Shown: positions 7,194 to 16,385 of the stretch, in pieces
Layout of the letters: each line of letters opens with the position of its first letter
How positions within the stretch are numbered: the stretch's first letter is position 1
Assembly: GCA_031279255.1 (NCBI GenBank)
Contig: JAITIW010000048.1
Coordinates: 1 to 42,187, forward strand
Length of the DNA: 42,187 nt
From: Puniceicoccales bacterium
GTDB lineage: Bacteria > Verrucomicrobiota > Verrucomicrobiia > Opitutales > JAIRLG01
Direction: 5' to 3'
Made by a program: the position numbers and the translations under genes
Notes under the pieces: model-generated
Database searches by the model: none
What the model was told of the DNA's origin: nothing
Seen by the model: only the letters and a program-made list of their open reading frames with translations

Positions 7194-10100
7194 ATGGATA
7201 TTAGAAAAGCAATTGGATTGGATGAGAATGGTGCGCGCATAGCGATTTCAGAGGATAAAACACTGGTGGAATACATCAAACTGCGCCTCATGGCGATGGG
7301 ACAAGCGCTGGAGATGGAAGAAGATGATCCCTATACTGTGAGCCGGATCGCTGCGCCGATTTTTGCCAATGCTCAAGCCTTCCGACGACTCTTGGCTCAT
7401 TATCGCTCTCCGGTCGACACGAGGATTACGCAATTCCTCGACCGCTTTTTAGCCGATATTCCAGAAGCCGATCGGCATGAATGGCTCCCATTGCAGACAT
7501 TCGAAACCGATCGTTATGGTATGGCACGTATTCTGGCCTTACCTCTCGATGGCGATGAGTATCATTCGGAATACATCGATTCCTATCGCGTCGTGCAAGG
7601 GATCTTGCACAATCCGAAAGTCGACAAGCGAACAACAAAAGATGTCTTCCACATCGTTGAAGGCGGGCCTGTCGTACCGGATGACAAGATAGAGGTGCCG
7701 AAAATTGCCTTTGCGCGGCTCTTGAAAGCGGCCTGCCATCCGCCGCAGGAGCTTCTGGAGCTTCCCTTTACCGCCAATCAACGGCGTAAGGCCTACAGCT
7801 TTGTCTCCAGCTATCTCCGGCCGGTCGTCTGCCCAGAAGTTTCTGGATTTTGCCACGAGAAATATATGGAAATTCGTTTCTTCGCACCCGGATCGTTGGT
7901 CAACTTCATCGACTGCGTCGAGAGCATTTTCGGAACCGCCGGCTCTTCTTCTCTCCCTGAAAATAATGCCGCTCTAGATCCCGACGGCTGGACAGGTCAT
8001 ACGGGTTGTATCCTCATCGCACCGCATCTGACACAACTCAAGAAGAAAGATCTTGGATTACCCAACATTTCTCAGGCGACGGAACGACAGAAGCGCGATG
8101 GCATGTGCTGGTCCGATGAACATGAGCGCTATCACGACGGTCGACCGTTTAAAATCATGGCACGTACCTTAGAGGGTGTCATCGTCTCCATCATAGCCGA
8201 CAGTTATAATGGCTACGGCAAGAAGGAGATCAAAACCCACATCAGCTATTCCGCCAATCTCTATGGGCAGTGCGAAGAGGAACATTCCGGTGGGACATTG
8301 GCCTTTGCTTCCTACGATCTCGGCGATGAGTTTCGGCTCACGCGGATCGAGACATCACCCCATACCTTCGCCCAATTATTGAAGACACATACTCATTCCT
8401 TAATACCGCAGCCCGAGGGCTACGCGATTGATCAACATTATGACGATATTTTCTACGTTCCGGAAGATGCTCTTTTTACGCTTCAACCACTGGCTGTCCG
8501 CTGGAATCAGCACGGTCAAGAAGTTTCTATCCCACTACAGCCTGAGAAAACCTACATTCTGCCCTCTGGATATAGGGTCGAACTTATCGCACCGACTCAC
8601 GGTAGCTATGATCGCTGGCGCCTCGTCGGGACACGAGGTGAATGCGTCTTTTGCCACAAGCCGTCGACGGTATCAGGTGGCGGCAAGTCAGAAATTGCCA
8701 GTCCCATTGCGGACAACATCACGACCGGTACAGTACTCGTCGAAGACCTGCAGGAGGATTTTAGGCAATTGGAGGCCATACTGCAGCATGACCTCTCGCG
8801 GCGTTACCGTCATCCCGAAAAGGAAGAACTTCCGATACTGGATCCACGGCGTTCCCTGGGGTCCGTCATCAAGATGTTCCATCCGCATAAGGATTACAGC
8901 GATGAACATAATCAATGGATCACATCGCTACCACCCTATTTAAAAGATCTGCTCTTTGTCCTAAAAGCCTATTACAGACCCTCCTGGGGCAAGGATTGGC
9001 CGCATTATTTCTCGGTCGATGCGATCAATGGCCATTCCGGTTATACATTAAAATACCTCGAAACGCCACTCATCGCCCGCTATCTGCGAGTGGGCTCAAC
9101 CCATCGCCAATCCGGACGTCTCTTTACACTTCGCCAAGATTTCTATCCGGCCTGCAAATGGCAGATGGAAGACGACATTACTGCTTCGGTTGTCGTGCCC
9201 ATAGATTCACTTTCCGGTCTCAATGCCGAGGGTCATCCTTCGGTTAAGTTCGTCAGCAATATCGAATACCGTCTCTACCAACGTCCTGACGAGGCGATTG
9301 TTCCGGGATATGATCATAAATCGGAATACGCCATGACACTACCCGAGACATTTACGTGCAATCTGCATCCCATTACACGAGAAGAGGCACGCATCATGGT
9401 AGCCGACAGCATTGCCTTTTCCCGCTATACCGAACCGATGCAACATCTTTTAAAGACATTCGCAGAGCAAACCGATGGTCCTCGATTCGCCGCCTGTCCT
9501 TCCGTCCGACGGCGCATGTCCCATAATACCTTCAGCACCAATCCGCGCTACCTCGAAGATCGAGAAGACCTGACGCAGGCACGAAAGGCCTACCTCCTCC
9601 GTACTTCCACATGCCTTGCGCGACAGCTCTCCGAAGATCAGGCTATCCACTATAGTGTTCAGGCCGTCATTTCCGGCCGGCGCAATAATCCTCCGGAAGA
9701 AAATATCGCGCCGCTTTCCGTTCACAATCCGCTTCATTATCTCGAACTACCGGAGCTTTTTATGGAATATGCCTCTAACATGACCGGGAAATCTCCCTCG
9801 ACGACGGGTAGTGGACTCGAAGGCGTCATGACCAAACGACCTTTCAATGGCCTGAGTACGATCACCGATCTCAACAATGCCCTGACCAGTTTCCTGCTGA
9901 CTGGTTATCAAGGCTTTGTATCCTCGGCTGGCTTTCTGGGGCCTCATCATCCCATAGGCCATGATGTGACTTATCTCATACCGGAGATATGGTGCCGCAT
10001 GTCGGCCGAAGAACGCGATGCTTCGTTTCTCATAGAACACGGTTACCTGGAGCCCTGTTGTGATTTCATACACGAAGGCCACTGTGTCGAAGCTAGTCGC

Positions 10101-10655
10101 CTGGGATACCGCATCACGGATCATTTTGTCAAAACATTCGCCGGACGTATTTTCTCAAGTCCAGAGACACTCTTTACGGAAGAAATGCTACGACCAGAAT
10201 TACAGGACAGGGACATTTTTTCCCAAAGCATGGCGAATATCGTCGATGCCCATCGGAGAGCCGCCGAGATCTTTTTTCACGATGGCTCCATTGAGGGCGC
10301 CTGTCCGCCACTCCGAGCACTACTGGAAATCATGGCTTTTGGAGAATCGGATGGATTACAACGTTCCTCGCCGGAATTCCGAAAAATGTTCGATCCTTCG
10401 ACGATACGTTCGCAAGAATGGTACCAGCAACGGCTGGAAGCTTTTCGTCGGCAACAGATCCGCCACTGGGAACGCTGTCATCGCGAAGTCAAGGCATGCT
10501 GCGATAAGTCCTATTCCGATGGGAATGAGCCCGACATAACGGCCTCAACTTCTCAGCGCCTCGCTGCCATTGAGGAACAACTTCAACGACTTCAGGCTCA
10601 AGACGCGACATTCTTTCAAGGTTGCCTCGGCCTCGATCCCTATGTCTGTCCGTAA
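7194..10655 (+). CDS. PPi-dependent phosphoenolpyruvate carboxykinase (PEP carboxytransphosphorylase)
   Basis: 1153 aa; motifs LHNP..DKRTT..VFHI.EGG, RFFAPGSLV, ISYSANLYG.CEEEHSGG, CHKPSTVSGGGKSEI, GKSPSTTG recalled as typical of PPi-PEPCK. Confidence 0.85.
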   Translation: MDIRKAIGLDENGARIAISEDKTLVEYIKLRLMAMGQALEMEEDDPYTVSRIAAPIFANAQAFRRLLAHYRSPVDTRITQFLDRFLADIPEADRHEWLPLQTFETDRYGMARILALPLDGDEYHSEYIDSYRVVQGILHNPKVDKRTTKDVFHIVEGGPVVPDDKIEVPKIAFARLLKAACHPPQELLELPFTANQRRKAYSFVSSYLRPVVCPEVSGFCHEKYMEIRFFAPGSLVNFIDCVESIFGTAGSSSLPENNAALDPDGWTGHTGCILIAPHLTQLKKKDLGLPNISQATERQKRDGMCWSDEHERYHDGRPFKIMARTLEGVIVSIIADSYNGYGKKEIKTHISYSANLYGQCEEEHSGGTLAFASYDLGDEFRLTRIETSPHTFAQLLKTHTHSLIPQPEGYAIDQHYDDIFYVPEDALFTLQPLAVRWNQHGQEVSIPLQPEKTYILPSGYRVELIAPTHGSYDRWRLVGTRGECVFCHKPSTVSGGGKSEIASPIADNITTGTVLVEDLQEDFRQLEAILQHDLSRRYRHPEKEELPILDPRRSLGSVIKMFHPHKDYSDEHNQWITSLPPYLKDLLFVLKAYYRPSWGKDWPHYFSVDAINGHSGYTLKYLETPLIARYLRVGSTHRQSGRLFTLRQDFYPACKWQMEDDITASVVVPIDSLSGLNAEGHPSVKFVSNIEYRLYQRPDEAIVPGYDHKSEYAMTLPETFTCNLHPITREEARIMVADSIAFSRYTEPMQHLLKTFAEQTDGPRFAACPSVRRRMSHNTFSTNPRYLEDREDLTQARKAYLLRTSTCLARQLSEDQAIHYSVQAVISGRRNNPPEENIAPLSVHNPLHYLELPELFMEYASNMTGKSPSTTGSGLEGVMTKRPFNGLSTITDLNNALTSFLLTGYQGFVSSAGFLGPHHPIGHDVTYLIPEIWCRMSAEERDASFLIEHGYLEPCCDFIHEGHCVEASRLGYRITDHFVKTFAGRIFSSPETLFTEEMLRPELQDRDIFSQSMANIVDAHRRAAEIFFHDGSIEGACPPLRALLEIMAFGESDGLQRSSPEFRKMFDPSTIRSQEWYQQRLEAFRRQQIRHWERCHREVKACCDKSYSDGNEPDITASTSQRLAAIEEQLQRLQAQDATFFQGCLGLDPYVCP

Positions 10656-11048
10656 TGGGACGATGAAATTCGCTCAGGAAAGATAATCAGAAGTTTCTTC
10701 TACGGTTGGAGAGAAATTCGACTCCGACACTGACTGAAGCGGCAAAGCTGCCGGTCGCTGGCCGACGTCCGTAGGAAGCGGCATTGGGTATTGGGCCGAA
10801 TGTCCGTTTGTCTGTTTTGTCGAGTGACTCATAAATCCGCTGGTCGAGCGTCGACGGTCGTGAGAAGTGGCCACTGAATATTTCATCGGATATCCATTGG
10901 AGATGATATGGAGAAGTCTTATCGAGTGTCGAAGTCTTATCGGGAGTCCATTCGTCTGTTTCGTTGAGTAGGCCATTCTGTCAGTTTTGCCAAATATTTC
11001 ATCTGCCGGTTCTTTTGAGTGGATGTGTTCTGTCCGGTAGCTCCGGTC

Positions 11049-11131
11049 TCGGCTGCCTTTGCAGCAGGCCCTGAAAGGGCCCGCTGTGGCCCGCTTCGCG
11101 GGCGATCTCGAAGAGATCCAAAGGCAGCGGA
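11049..11131. repeat. Cloverleaf palindromic element, copy C (inverted relative to A)
   Basis: Reverse complement matches 154-236 at 73 of 83 positions; pairing of the third arm is retained. Confidence 0.9.
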
Positions 11132-11270
11132 AGAAAACGGCCAAGTTCAGCAGAAAAAACAGCAGAATCCAGCGAAAGGAAAGGCAGCAGTAGAAAACGG
11201 TCGGAATTAACAGAGGGAAAAGAAGGAAATGATGAGATGTAGCCAAACCTGAGTCTAACAGAAAGAAAGA

Positions 11271-11589
11271 GAGAGAAAGCAACGGACCACAGCATCGGCA
11301 GATTTCGGTGGACAGATTTTGGCGCTGGAGGAAAATTTTCCTTAGGGGCTTAGGTGGTGTCACCAAATGAAAAGGTGGACAAAGAGAAAAGAGAAGAAGA
11401 CGGAGGAAATGGACAAAAAGGCACATAGGAAATATGACCTATCAGATGAATTGTGGAATAAGGCGAAAAGATTGCTGCCTGGTTTGACGACACCATCTAG
11501 CAGAGGAAAAATAACAGGGTGTGGCCAATTTCCATGGAGAGAACGCAACGGGCCACGACATCGGTAGATTTCGACGAACAGATCTTGAC
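11271..11589 (+). repeat. Pair of degenerate 53-bp direct repeats (11271-11323 and 11537-11589)
   Basis: 43 of 53 identical without gaps (GAGAGAAxGCAACGGxCCAC..CATCGGxAGATTTCG..GxACAGATxTTGxC). Confidence 0.8.
11353..11497 (+). mobile_element. Internally deleted IS5-family element (MITE-like), 145 bp
   Basis: 15-bp imperfect terminal IRs (GGTGGTGTCACCAAA / TTTGACGACACCATC, 12 of 15), TA on both flanks, and RBS plus ATG 11409 encoding MDKKAHRKYDLSDELWNKAKRLLPG, like IS5 transposase N-termini. Confidence 0.7.
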
Positions 11590-11622
11590 TGATAGGAGAA
11601 AAGAACGATAAGGAAAGAATGT

Positions 11623-11747
11623 TCTCAAGGGCATGAAAATCTGTCTTTGGGGCGAAATAAAACAAAAATAAAAACAGTCATATAAAAAACTTAACATTTT
11701 AGGATTGACCGGACTTTTATATGTCAACAGATTCTTTTGCCAAGAAT
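11623..11747. repeat. Inverted repeat, right copy (partner 1-125)
   Basis: 124 of 125 identical to the reverse complement of 1-125. Confidence 0.95.
11705..11733 (+). promoter_or_regulatory. Candidate sigma70 promoter for the tRNA-Thr-tuf operon
   Basis: TTGACC-N17-CAGATT preceded by an A/T-rich UP-like tract, ~55 nt before tRNA-Thr; the -10 is non-consensus. Confidence 0.4.
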
Positions 11748-11789
11748 GGTTGTCGCTGGAGTTCAGCGAGAAAGTGGACTGTATTCGTT

Positions 11790-11865
<76 letters not shown>

Positions 11866-11899
11866 GGGTGAATCTTTTATCAATTATTGAAGAGAACAA

Positions 11900-13090
11900 A
11901 TGGCTAAAGAAACCTTCGCTAGAACGAAGCCGCACGTCAATGTCGGCACAATTGGTCACGTCGACCATGGTAAGTCGACGTTAACGACCGCTATTCTCAA
12001 AGTCCAATCGGACAAGGGGTTGGCGGAATTCAAGTCTTACGCGGATGTGACGAAGGGAGGGACGATCCGTGATGCTTCCAAGACCGTCACGATCGCGGTT
12101 TCCCACGTGGAATATGAGAGTGATGGACGTCATTATGCACACGTCGATTGCCCAGGGCATGCTGATTTCGTCAAGAACATGATCACGGGTGCGGCCCAGA
12201 TGGATGGCGCCATCCTCGTCGTCAGTGCCGCCGATGGTCCGATGCCTCAAACGCGCGAACACATCTTATTGGCTCGCCAAGTAGGCATTCCGAATCTCGT
12301 CGTATTTCTCAACAAGGTCGATCTTTTGGATGATCCGGAGCTGCTCGATTTAGTCGAGATGGAGATCCGCGATCTTCTCAATAAATATGACTATAATGGT
12401 GATAAGATCGTCATTGTACGCGGTTCAGCCCTAGCGGCCCTAGAAGGACGTCCGGAGGGCATCGAGGCAATTAACAAATTATTAGCGGCATTGGATAGGG
12501 AGATCGACGAGCCGAACCGTGATATAGATAGGCCATTCTTAATGTCGGTAGAGGACGTGTTTTCCATAACCGGTCGCGGGACGGTGGCCACAGGCCGCAT
12601 TGAACGCGGCGTGATTAAGGTCGGCGAAGAGGTGGAAATTATCGGTTTGGGGGATACGCGCAAGACGACCTGTACGGGTATCGAAATGTTCCGCAAGCTG
12701 CTCGATGAGGGTCGAGCAGGAGATAATGTCGGTATTCTGTTACGCGGTGTCGATAAAAAGGACGTGGAACGCGGTCATGTATTAGCTAAACCAGGGACGA
12801 TCACGCCGCATTCTAAGGCGAAAGCTGAGATTTATGTCCTGACGAAGGAGGAAGGAGGACGCCATACGCCCTTCTTTCAGGGTTATCGGCCGCAATTTTT
12901 CTTCGGAACAGCCGATGTCACCGGTGTGGTACAGCTTCCTGCCGAAACAGAAATGGTCATGCCAGGGGATAACCTAGGTGTCATAGTGGACTTACAAAAA
13001 AAGATCGCGATGGAAAAAGGCCAGCGTTTTGCGATTCGCGAAGGAGGACATACTATCGGCGCTGGGCGTATTACGGAAGTAGTATTCTAG
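11900..13090 (+). CDS. tuf: Elongation factor Tu
   Basis: [29 protein letters not shown] motifs. Confidence 0.99.
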   Translation: MAKETFARTKPHVNVGTIGHVDHGKSTLTTAILKVQSDKGLAEFKSYADVTKGGTIRDASKTVTIAVSHVEYESDGRHYAHVDCPGHADFVKNMITGAAQMDGAILVVSAADGPMPQTREHILLARQVGIPNLVVFLNKVDLLDDPELLDLVEMEIRDLLNKYDYNGDKIVIVRGSALAALEGRPEGIEAINKLLAALDREIDEPNRDIDRPFLMSVEDVFSITGRGTVATGRIERGVIKVGEEVEIIGLGDTRKTTCTGIEMFRKLLDEGRAGDNVGILLRGVDKKDVERGHVLAKPGTITPHSKAKAEIYVLTKEEGGRHTPFFQGYRPQFFFGTADVTGVVQLPAETEMVMPGDNLGVIVDLQKKIAMEKGQRFAIREGGHTIGAGRITEVVF

Positions 13091-13146
13091 GTTGAAAGTA
13101 GAGGGAAATTCGCGTAGTTCTTCAAATATTTTATCTTTGTGTATGT

Positions 13147-13222
<76 letters not shown>

Positions 13223-13267
13223 TATGTCAGCAGGAAACGGTTAAAAGACGTAGCAAACAAGAGCATT

Positions 13268-13483
13268 ATGAAGTGGTTAGCGAGAGTGCGTAATTTTTGT
13301 GGAGAGACGGTGACGGAGCTGCGAAAGGCTTCCTGGCCGGATAAAAAGGAATTGTCACAATCCATTGTTGTTGTCCTCGTGGGTATGCTGATCTTGGGTG
13401 CTTTTGTCAGTGTCTCCGATTTCGCACTGTATGAAGTAGTGGACCTTCTGAGCACATGGGTAAGAGGTCGTTTGGGAACTTGA
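13268..13483 (+). CDS. secE: Preprotein translocase subunit SecE
   Basis: ELRKASWP motif plus one TM helix; located between tRNA-Trp and nusG; start at ATG 13268. Confidence 0.93.
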   Translation: MKWLARVRNFCGETVTELRKASWPDKKELSQSIVVVLVGMLILGAFVSVSDFALYEVVDLLSTWVRGRLGT

Positions 13484-13490
13484 TCATCGC

Positions 13491-14060
13491 ATGACACATC
13501 TCTCGACACATGAGCCGCAATGGTATGCGTTGCAGGTTTTATCGAACCAAGAAATGAAGATCAAGGCATGCTTGGATCATATCGTAGATCCTGCAGGATG
13601 TCATGGCATTTATGAAGTGCTCGTGCCCATGGAAAAAATAATAGAGATTAAGAACGGTAAGAAATCACATCGACATAAAAAGCTCTATCCGGGCTATGTC
13701 TTTGTCCATGCGCAGCTCTATGACGACGCGGGACAAGTCTGGCAAGAGCCATGGCAACTGATTCGCAGAACTCAAGGAGTGGTAGGCTTTGTGGGTGGTG
13801 AAAAACCCGTTGCCTTGAAATCTCATGAGATCGAGCGGATTCAAGGACAGATCAAGGCATCGGAGGACAATCCCTTACCGAAGTCGGCTTTCACACTGGG
13901 CGATAAGGTCAAGATTCAGGAAGGTCCTTTTATCAATTCCATAGGACAAATAGAGGCCATCGACAATGAGAATGGAAAATTAACAATTTCAGTCTTGCTA
14001 TTTGGTCGTTCAACGCCAGTTGAAGCAGAGTTCGGTCAAGTAGGGCCGGTAGAAGAATGA
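13491..14060 (+). CDS. nusG: Transcription termination/antitermination factor NusG
   Basis: WYALQV, YPGYVFV, KOW region GPF..FGRSTPVE. Confidence 0.98.
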   Translation: MTHLSTHEPQWYALQVLSNQEMKIKACLDHIVDPAGCHGIYEVLVPMEKIIEIKNGKKSHRHKKLYPGYVFVHAQLYDDAGQVWQEPWQLIRRTQGVVGFVGGEKPVALKSHEIERIQGQIKASEDNPLPKSAFTLGDKVKIQEGPFINSIGQIEAIDNENGKLTISVLLFGRSTPVEAEFGQVGPVEE

Positions 14061-14075
14061 TAGGGCTCAAATATT

Positions 14076-14501
14076 ATGGCGAAGAAAGTCATCCACAAGA
14101 TTAAGTTACAGCTACCAGCTGCGGCGGCCAATCCCGCTCCCCCTGTAGGGCCAGCTTTAGGTGCGGCAGGTGTGAATATCATGGCTTTCTGTAAAGAATT
14201 CAACGCTCGGACAAAGGATCAGGCCGGGATGATCATTCCCGCTGTAATTTCGGTCTATGCTGATCGTTCTTTTTCTTTTGAATTGAAATCACCACCAGCA
14301 GCAGTTCTATTGCGGAAAGCGGCTGGGGTTCCCAAAGGTTCTGGAGTACCGAATCGAGATAAAGTAGGGAAAGTCACGCGGAAACAGGTCATGGAAATCG
14401 TAGCCTTGAAGGCATCTGACCTCAATGCGGAGAGTCAAGAAGCAGCGACTCGTATGATAGAAGGAACGGCGCGCAGCATGGGTATCGAAATCAGTGCCTG
14501 A
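14076..14501 (+). CDS. rplK: 50S ribosomal protein L11
   Basis: [21 protein letters not shown]. Confidence 0.99.
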   Translation: MAKKVIHKIKLQLPAAAANPAPPVGPALGAAGVNIMAFCKEFNARTKDQAGMIIPAVISVYADRSFSFELKSPPAAVLLRKAAGVPKGSGVPNRDKVGKVTRKQVMEIVALKASDLNAESQEAATRMIEGTARSMGIEISA

Positions 14502-14520
14502 GCAACATGAATGAATCGTT

Positions 14521-15234
14521 ATGAAAGTACAGAGTAAACATCAGCGCAAGGCACAGGAATTGGTGGATTTAAAGCAGTATTTTTCTGTAGAGGCTGCGCT
14601 TGAATGCCTGGGAAAAATGCCAAAGGCTCGTTTCGATGAGACAGTGGAACTTTCGATTCATCTGGGTGTCGATCCCAAATTGAGTGATCAAATGGTTCGT
14701 GGAATGGTGCGTTTGCCCCATGGGAGTGGTAAAGTGGTACGGATTGTCGCCTTTACGGAATCTCCGGAAGAGGCATTAGCGGCTGGTGCGGAAGTGGCAG
14801 GGCTCGATGATGTGATGCAGCGAGTACAGGACGGGTGGATGGATTTTGATGTGGCCGTTGCGACGACATCGGCCATGAAGCAAGTTCGGACGATTGCACG
14901 TATTTTAGGCCCGCGTGGTCTGATGCCCAGCCCAAAATCAGGAACAGTATCCGATGATTTGGTATCGGTGATTCAGGACGTCAAGGCCGGACGGGTTGAA
15001 TTTAAGATGGATAAAACAGCTAATATGGCCGTTGTCGTAGGGAAGCGATCGTTGTCGAGAGAATATTTATGGGATAATATCAAAGCGGCCATAGAGGCGG
15101 TATGCCATGCTCGACCGGAAGCCTTTCGGGGTCGTTTTATCCATAACATGGTTCTAAGCGCCACCATGACTCCCGGAATCCGGTTAGATTCGCAGGAATA
15201 TTTGAAGATGGATACGAAAGGAAATCAGCAATGA
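14521..15234 (+). CDS. rplA: 50S ribosomal protein L1
   Basis: FDETVE, LGPRGLMP.PK.GTV. Confidence 0.99.
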   Translation: MKVQSKHQRKAQELVDLKQYFSVEAALECLGKMPKARFDETVELSIHLGVDPKLSDQMVRGMVRLPHGSGKVVRIVAFTESPEEALAAGAEVAGLDDVMQRVQDGWMDFDVAVATTSAMKQVRTIARILGPRGLMPSPKSGTVSDDLVSVIQDVKAGRVEFKMDKTANMAVVVGKRSLSREYLWDNIKAAIEAVCHARPEAFRGRFIHNMVLSATMTPGIRLDSQEYLKMDTKGNQQ

Positions 15235-15737
15235 GAGCGGAGAAAAGTTTACTGGTTCGCGAAACGGTGACGTATTTGCAGGATTCAGGCTATGTCTATT
15301 TGGTAGATTTTTCTCGTATCCGCGTAGAGGAAGTTGAGGAATTGCGAAAAATATTAAAGGCAGAAGGGGCTGTCTTTCATGTCGTCAAAAATACCATCCT
15401 GCAGTTGGCGGCGAATGAATTACCTTTGCCAGATTTTAAGCAAATTTTATCGGGCCCTACGGCGATTGTGGCCGGTGGTTGTAATCCTTCCAGCGTAGCC
15501 AAAGCTCTCTTGCAATTCCGAAAAAAACATGACGATAAGCTGATCATCAAATGTGGTGCCTTGGCCGATCATCTTTTGAATCCGGAGGAAGTAAAAGCTC
15601 TGTCGGAATTGCCGACGTTGGACGAATTGCGGGAACGTTTCCTATCGCTTTTACAGGAATCGGCCCGTCGGATGCTATATGTGCTCCAGGCAGTTCCACA
15701 AGGTTTACTCAATGTTTTACAGGCGAAAACGCGTTAA
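15231..15737 (+). CDS. rplJ: 50S ribosomal protein L10
   Basis: VVKNT..A, GPTAI, LPTLDELR; synteny. Confidence 0.96.
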   Translation: MRAEKSLLVRETVTYLQDSGYVYLVDFSRIRVEEVEELRKILKAEGAVFHVVKNTILQLAANELPLPDFKQILSGPTAIVAGGCNPSSVAKALLQFRKKHDDKLIIKCGALADHLLNPEEVKALSELPTLDELRERFLSLLQESARRMLYVLQAVPQGLLNVLQAKTR

Positions 15738-15838
15738 GGGAAATGAATTTTTTTAATCTGAGTCGGCAGTATTTTAGGAGAATGTCTCTTAAATGATCTT
15801 GATAAAAGGGGTCGCTAAAATGCTCCAAGGAGGAAACT

Positions 15839-16222
15839 ATGGCAGATATCACAAAAGAACAAGTTATCGATTGGTTGAGTAACCAGTCTGTATTGGAGAT
15901 CGCTTCTCTCGTAAAGGATTTGGAAGCGAAATGGGGCGTCAGTGCAGCGGCTCCGGTTGCGGTGGCAGCGGCGGCAGTGGCAGCCGCTCCGGCGGAAGCC
16001 GTCGAGGAAAAGACGGAGTTCAGCATCACTCTTACGGCAATTGGAGATAATAAGATCAATGTCATCAAGGAGATCCGTGCCATCACAGGTCTTGGACTAA
16101 AGGAGGCAAAAGATCTCGTAGAGGCCGCTCCTAAACCTGTGAAAGAAGGGATTTCCAAAGCAGAAGTAGAGGAGATTAAGCAGAAGTTAGAGGCCGTGGG
16201 AGCTAAAGTCGAAGTGAAGTAA
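15839..16222 (+). CDS. rplL: 50S ribosomal protein L7/L12
   Basis: Ala-rich hinge, [18 protein letters not shown]. Confidence 0.99.
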   Translation: MADITKEQVIDWLSNQSVLEIASLVKDLEAKWGVSAAAPVAVAAAAVAAAPAEAVEEKTEFSITLTAIGDNKINVIKEIRAITGLGLKEAKDLVEAAPKPVKEGISKAEVEEIKQKLEAVGAKVEVK

Positions 16223-16385
16223 AATCGAGATCTTTCGACCATTGATTGTGTTTTTAAGATCTGGATTCATCCTGTTACCATCTGGACAATGTGGAGAACG
16301 TTTGCGAAAACTTTCTCGGTTTTCTTTTTTTAAAGCGAGACCTCCGCTTTTTGAAATGAGGTGATGAGTTGTGTCCTTTATTGCT

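Noticed and set aside
605-11747. Integrative element or prophage inserted at tRNA-Ala or tRNA-Arg
   Set aside because: No integrase or phage genes, and I found no duplicated tRNA 3' end (att site) downstream.
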